Assembly: GCA_036274115.1 (NCBI GenBank)
Contig: DASUGI010000100.1
Location: forward strand, 41,953-105,952
Source of the DNA: Verrucomicrobiia bacterium
GTDB taxonomy: Bacteria > Verrucomicrobiota > Verrucomicrobiia > Limisphaerales > JADLHS01
DNA: 64,000 nt
Direction: 5' to 3'
The notes under the pieces were generated by a model. The model searched no databases. It saw nothing but the letters and a program-made list of their open reading frames with translations, and had not been told where the DNA came from. Below are positions 63,215 through 64,000 of the stretch, piece by piece. Every line of letters starts with the position of its first letter. The stretch's first letter is position 1. The translations under genes were made by a program, and so were the position numbers.

Positions 63215-64000
63215 ATGCTGTTCTACCTGAGTCAGGCAATTTTGGATTCGTCCGAAGGCGCGTCGTGGGCGGGATACGTCTCGTGGATGCGGCTGTTCCG
63301 CTACATCACGTTTCGCGCGGCGGGCGCCGCGGTCACGGCATTGTTGCTCAGTTGGTGGCTGGGACCCCGGGTGATCGCCTGGTTGAAGGAGTTGAAATTC
63401 GGGCAGGAATACCAGGATCGCGCGGAAGCGGGTGGCGATTTGAAAGCACGCATTCTGAGCAAGAAAGGGACGCCCACGATGGGGGGCATCATGATTGTTC
63501 TGGTGTTGAACCTCACGATGATTCTTTGGGCGCAATGGAACTCGCTCGTCGAATTGACCTTGCTGACGGTGCTGGTGTTGACCGGCCTGGGTTTTTACGA
63601 CGATTACGCCAAGATTGTAAAGCAGCACGGCGGGGGCGCGCCGCCCCATGTGAAGTTGTGGGTGCAATTCGGGGTTGCGGCGTTCGTAGCGATTTATCTC
63701 TGGAAACTGCCGATGACGAGCGAACTTCGATTCGCCGAAATGACCGAAGTGATTCGCAGCAATCTCGTCAGCACGCTGATGTTGCCCTTCTACAAGTATC
63801 CCGTTCAACTCGGCGCGGTGGGTGTCGTCCTGGGCCTGGCCATTACCGTGTTGACGATTGTGGGCTTTTCGAATGCGGTGAACCTGACCGACGGTCTGGA
63901 CGGTCTGGCCATTGGTTGTACGCTGATTACTGCGACCGTGTTTCTGGTGCTGACGTATCTGGCGAGCAATTTCCGATACGCCACGTATCTCCAAATCCCG
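63215..64000 (+). CDS. mraY: Phospho-N-acetylmuramoyl-pentapeptide transferase, N-terminal part (runs off the right edge)
   Basis: My own translation from the ATG at 63215: MLFYLSQAIL...ITFRAAGAAVTALLLSWWLGP...KKGTPTMGGIMIV...GFYDDYAKI. The frame is open to base 64000. Confidence 0.9.
   Translation, partial: MLFYLSQAILDSSEGASWAGYVSWMRLFRYITFRAAGAAVTALLLSWWLGPRVIAWLKELKFGQEYQDRAEAGGDLKARILSKKGTPTMGGIMIVLVLNLTMILWAQWNSLVELTLLTVLVLTGLGFYDDYAKIVKQHGGGAPPHVKLWVQFGVAAFVAIYLWKLPMTSELRFAEMTEVIRSNLVSTLMLPFYKYPVQLGAVGVVLGLAITVLTIVGFSNAVNLTDGLDGLAIGCTLITATVFLVLTYLASNFRYATYLQIP

Noticed and set aside
61799-63994. 396-aa and 284-aa minus-strand ORFs antisense to murF and mraY
   Set aside because: The plus strand encodes MurF and MraY with their diagnostic motifs.
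1-64000. tRNA, rRNA, prophage, IS element or integrase anywhere in the window
   Set aside because: Scanning the non-coding gaps by eye showed only hairpin repeats and promoter-like AT-rich stretches. No ORF has transposase, integrase or phage hallmarks. Small RNAs cannot be excluded without tRNAscan/Infernal.

Overview
This is a high-GC, gene-dense window of about 66 protein-coding genes. I saw no rRNA, tRNA, CRISPR array, integrase or transposase by eye. All calls come from hand reading of the ORF track and sequence; no database search was run, so family names are recognition-level and start codons are best guesses.

The gene content reads like a Planctomycetes/Verrucomicrobia-type (PVC) chromosome. 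It includes a PEP-CTERM protein, an H-X9-DG pseudopilin, a propeller/Y_Y_Y sensor kinase and many REP-like hairpins.

Landmarks, left to right:
- A membrane-tethered ECF sigma factor.
- A UPF0175/DUF3368 toxin-antitoxin cassette next to moeB.
- Housekeeping genes: punA-cdd, hemB, carA and a GT9 glycosyltransferase.
- A minus-strand glycan-utilisation-like island (14.0-28.7 kb). It holds two secreted FAD-oxidoreductase paralogs, a NarL-type two-component system, a pseudopilin-like protein, a 1162-aa internally duplicated secreted protein and a TAT-exported Gfo/Idh/MocA oxidoreductase.
- A PVM-type bacterial microcompartment (BMC) operon (28.8-39.5 kb): DeoR regulator, PduL, three BMC-H genes, acetate kinase, three BMC-P genes, an acylating aldehyde dehydrogenase and a class II aldolase.
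- gltA, and a sucC...sucD pair split by three extra ORFs.
- An amidase and a PduO-type adenosyltransferase.
- Two tandem genes encoding 10 and 13 SANT/Myb-like repeats, next to a SEC-C/DUF1186 protein.
- A ribD-C-like reductase and queA.
- An atypical dcw cluster: mraZ, an extra ORF, rsmH, ftsL, ftsI, a SIMPL protein, murF, mraY, with no murE.

Most interesting observations:
- The 23-unit Myb-like repeat gene pair.
- The BMC operon is interrupted by an antisense HNH-endonuclease cassette and by a four-helix-bundle (23S-IVS/Avd-like) gene. A long hairpin repeat sits in nearly every intercistronic spacer.
- Several families of heptanucleotide tandem repeats, some inserted in-frame in coding sequences.
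- A shared 7-2-7 palindrome upstream of two operons that flank a NarL-type regulator.
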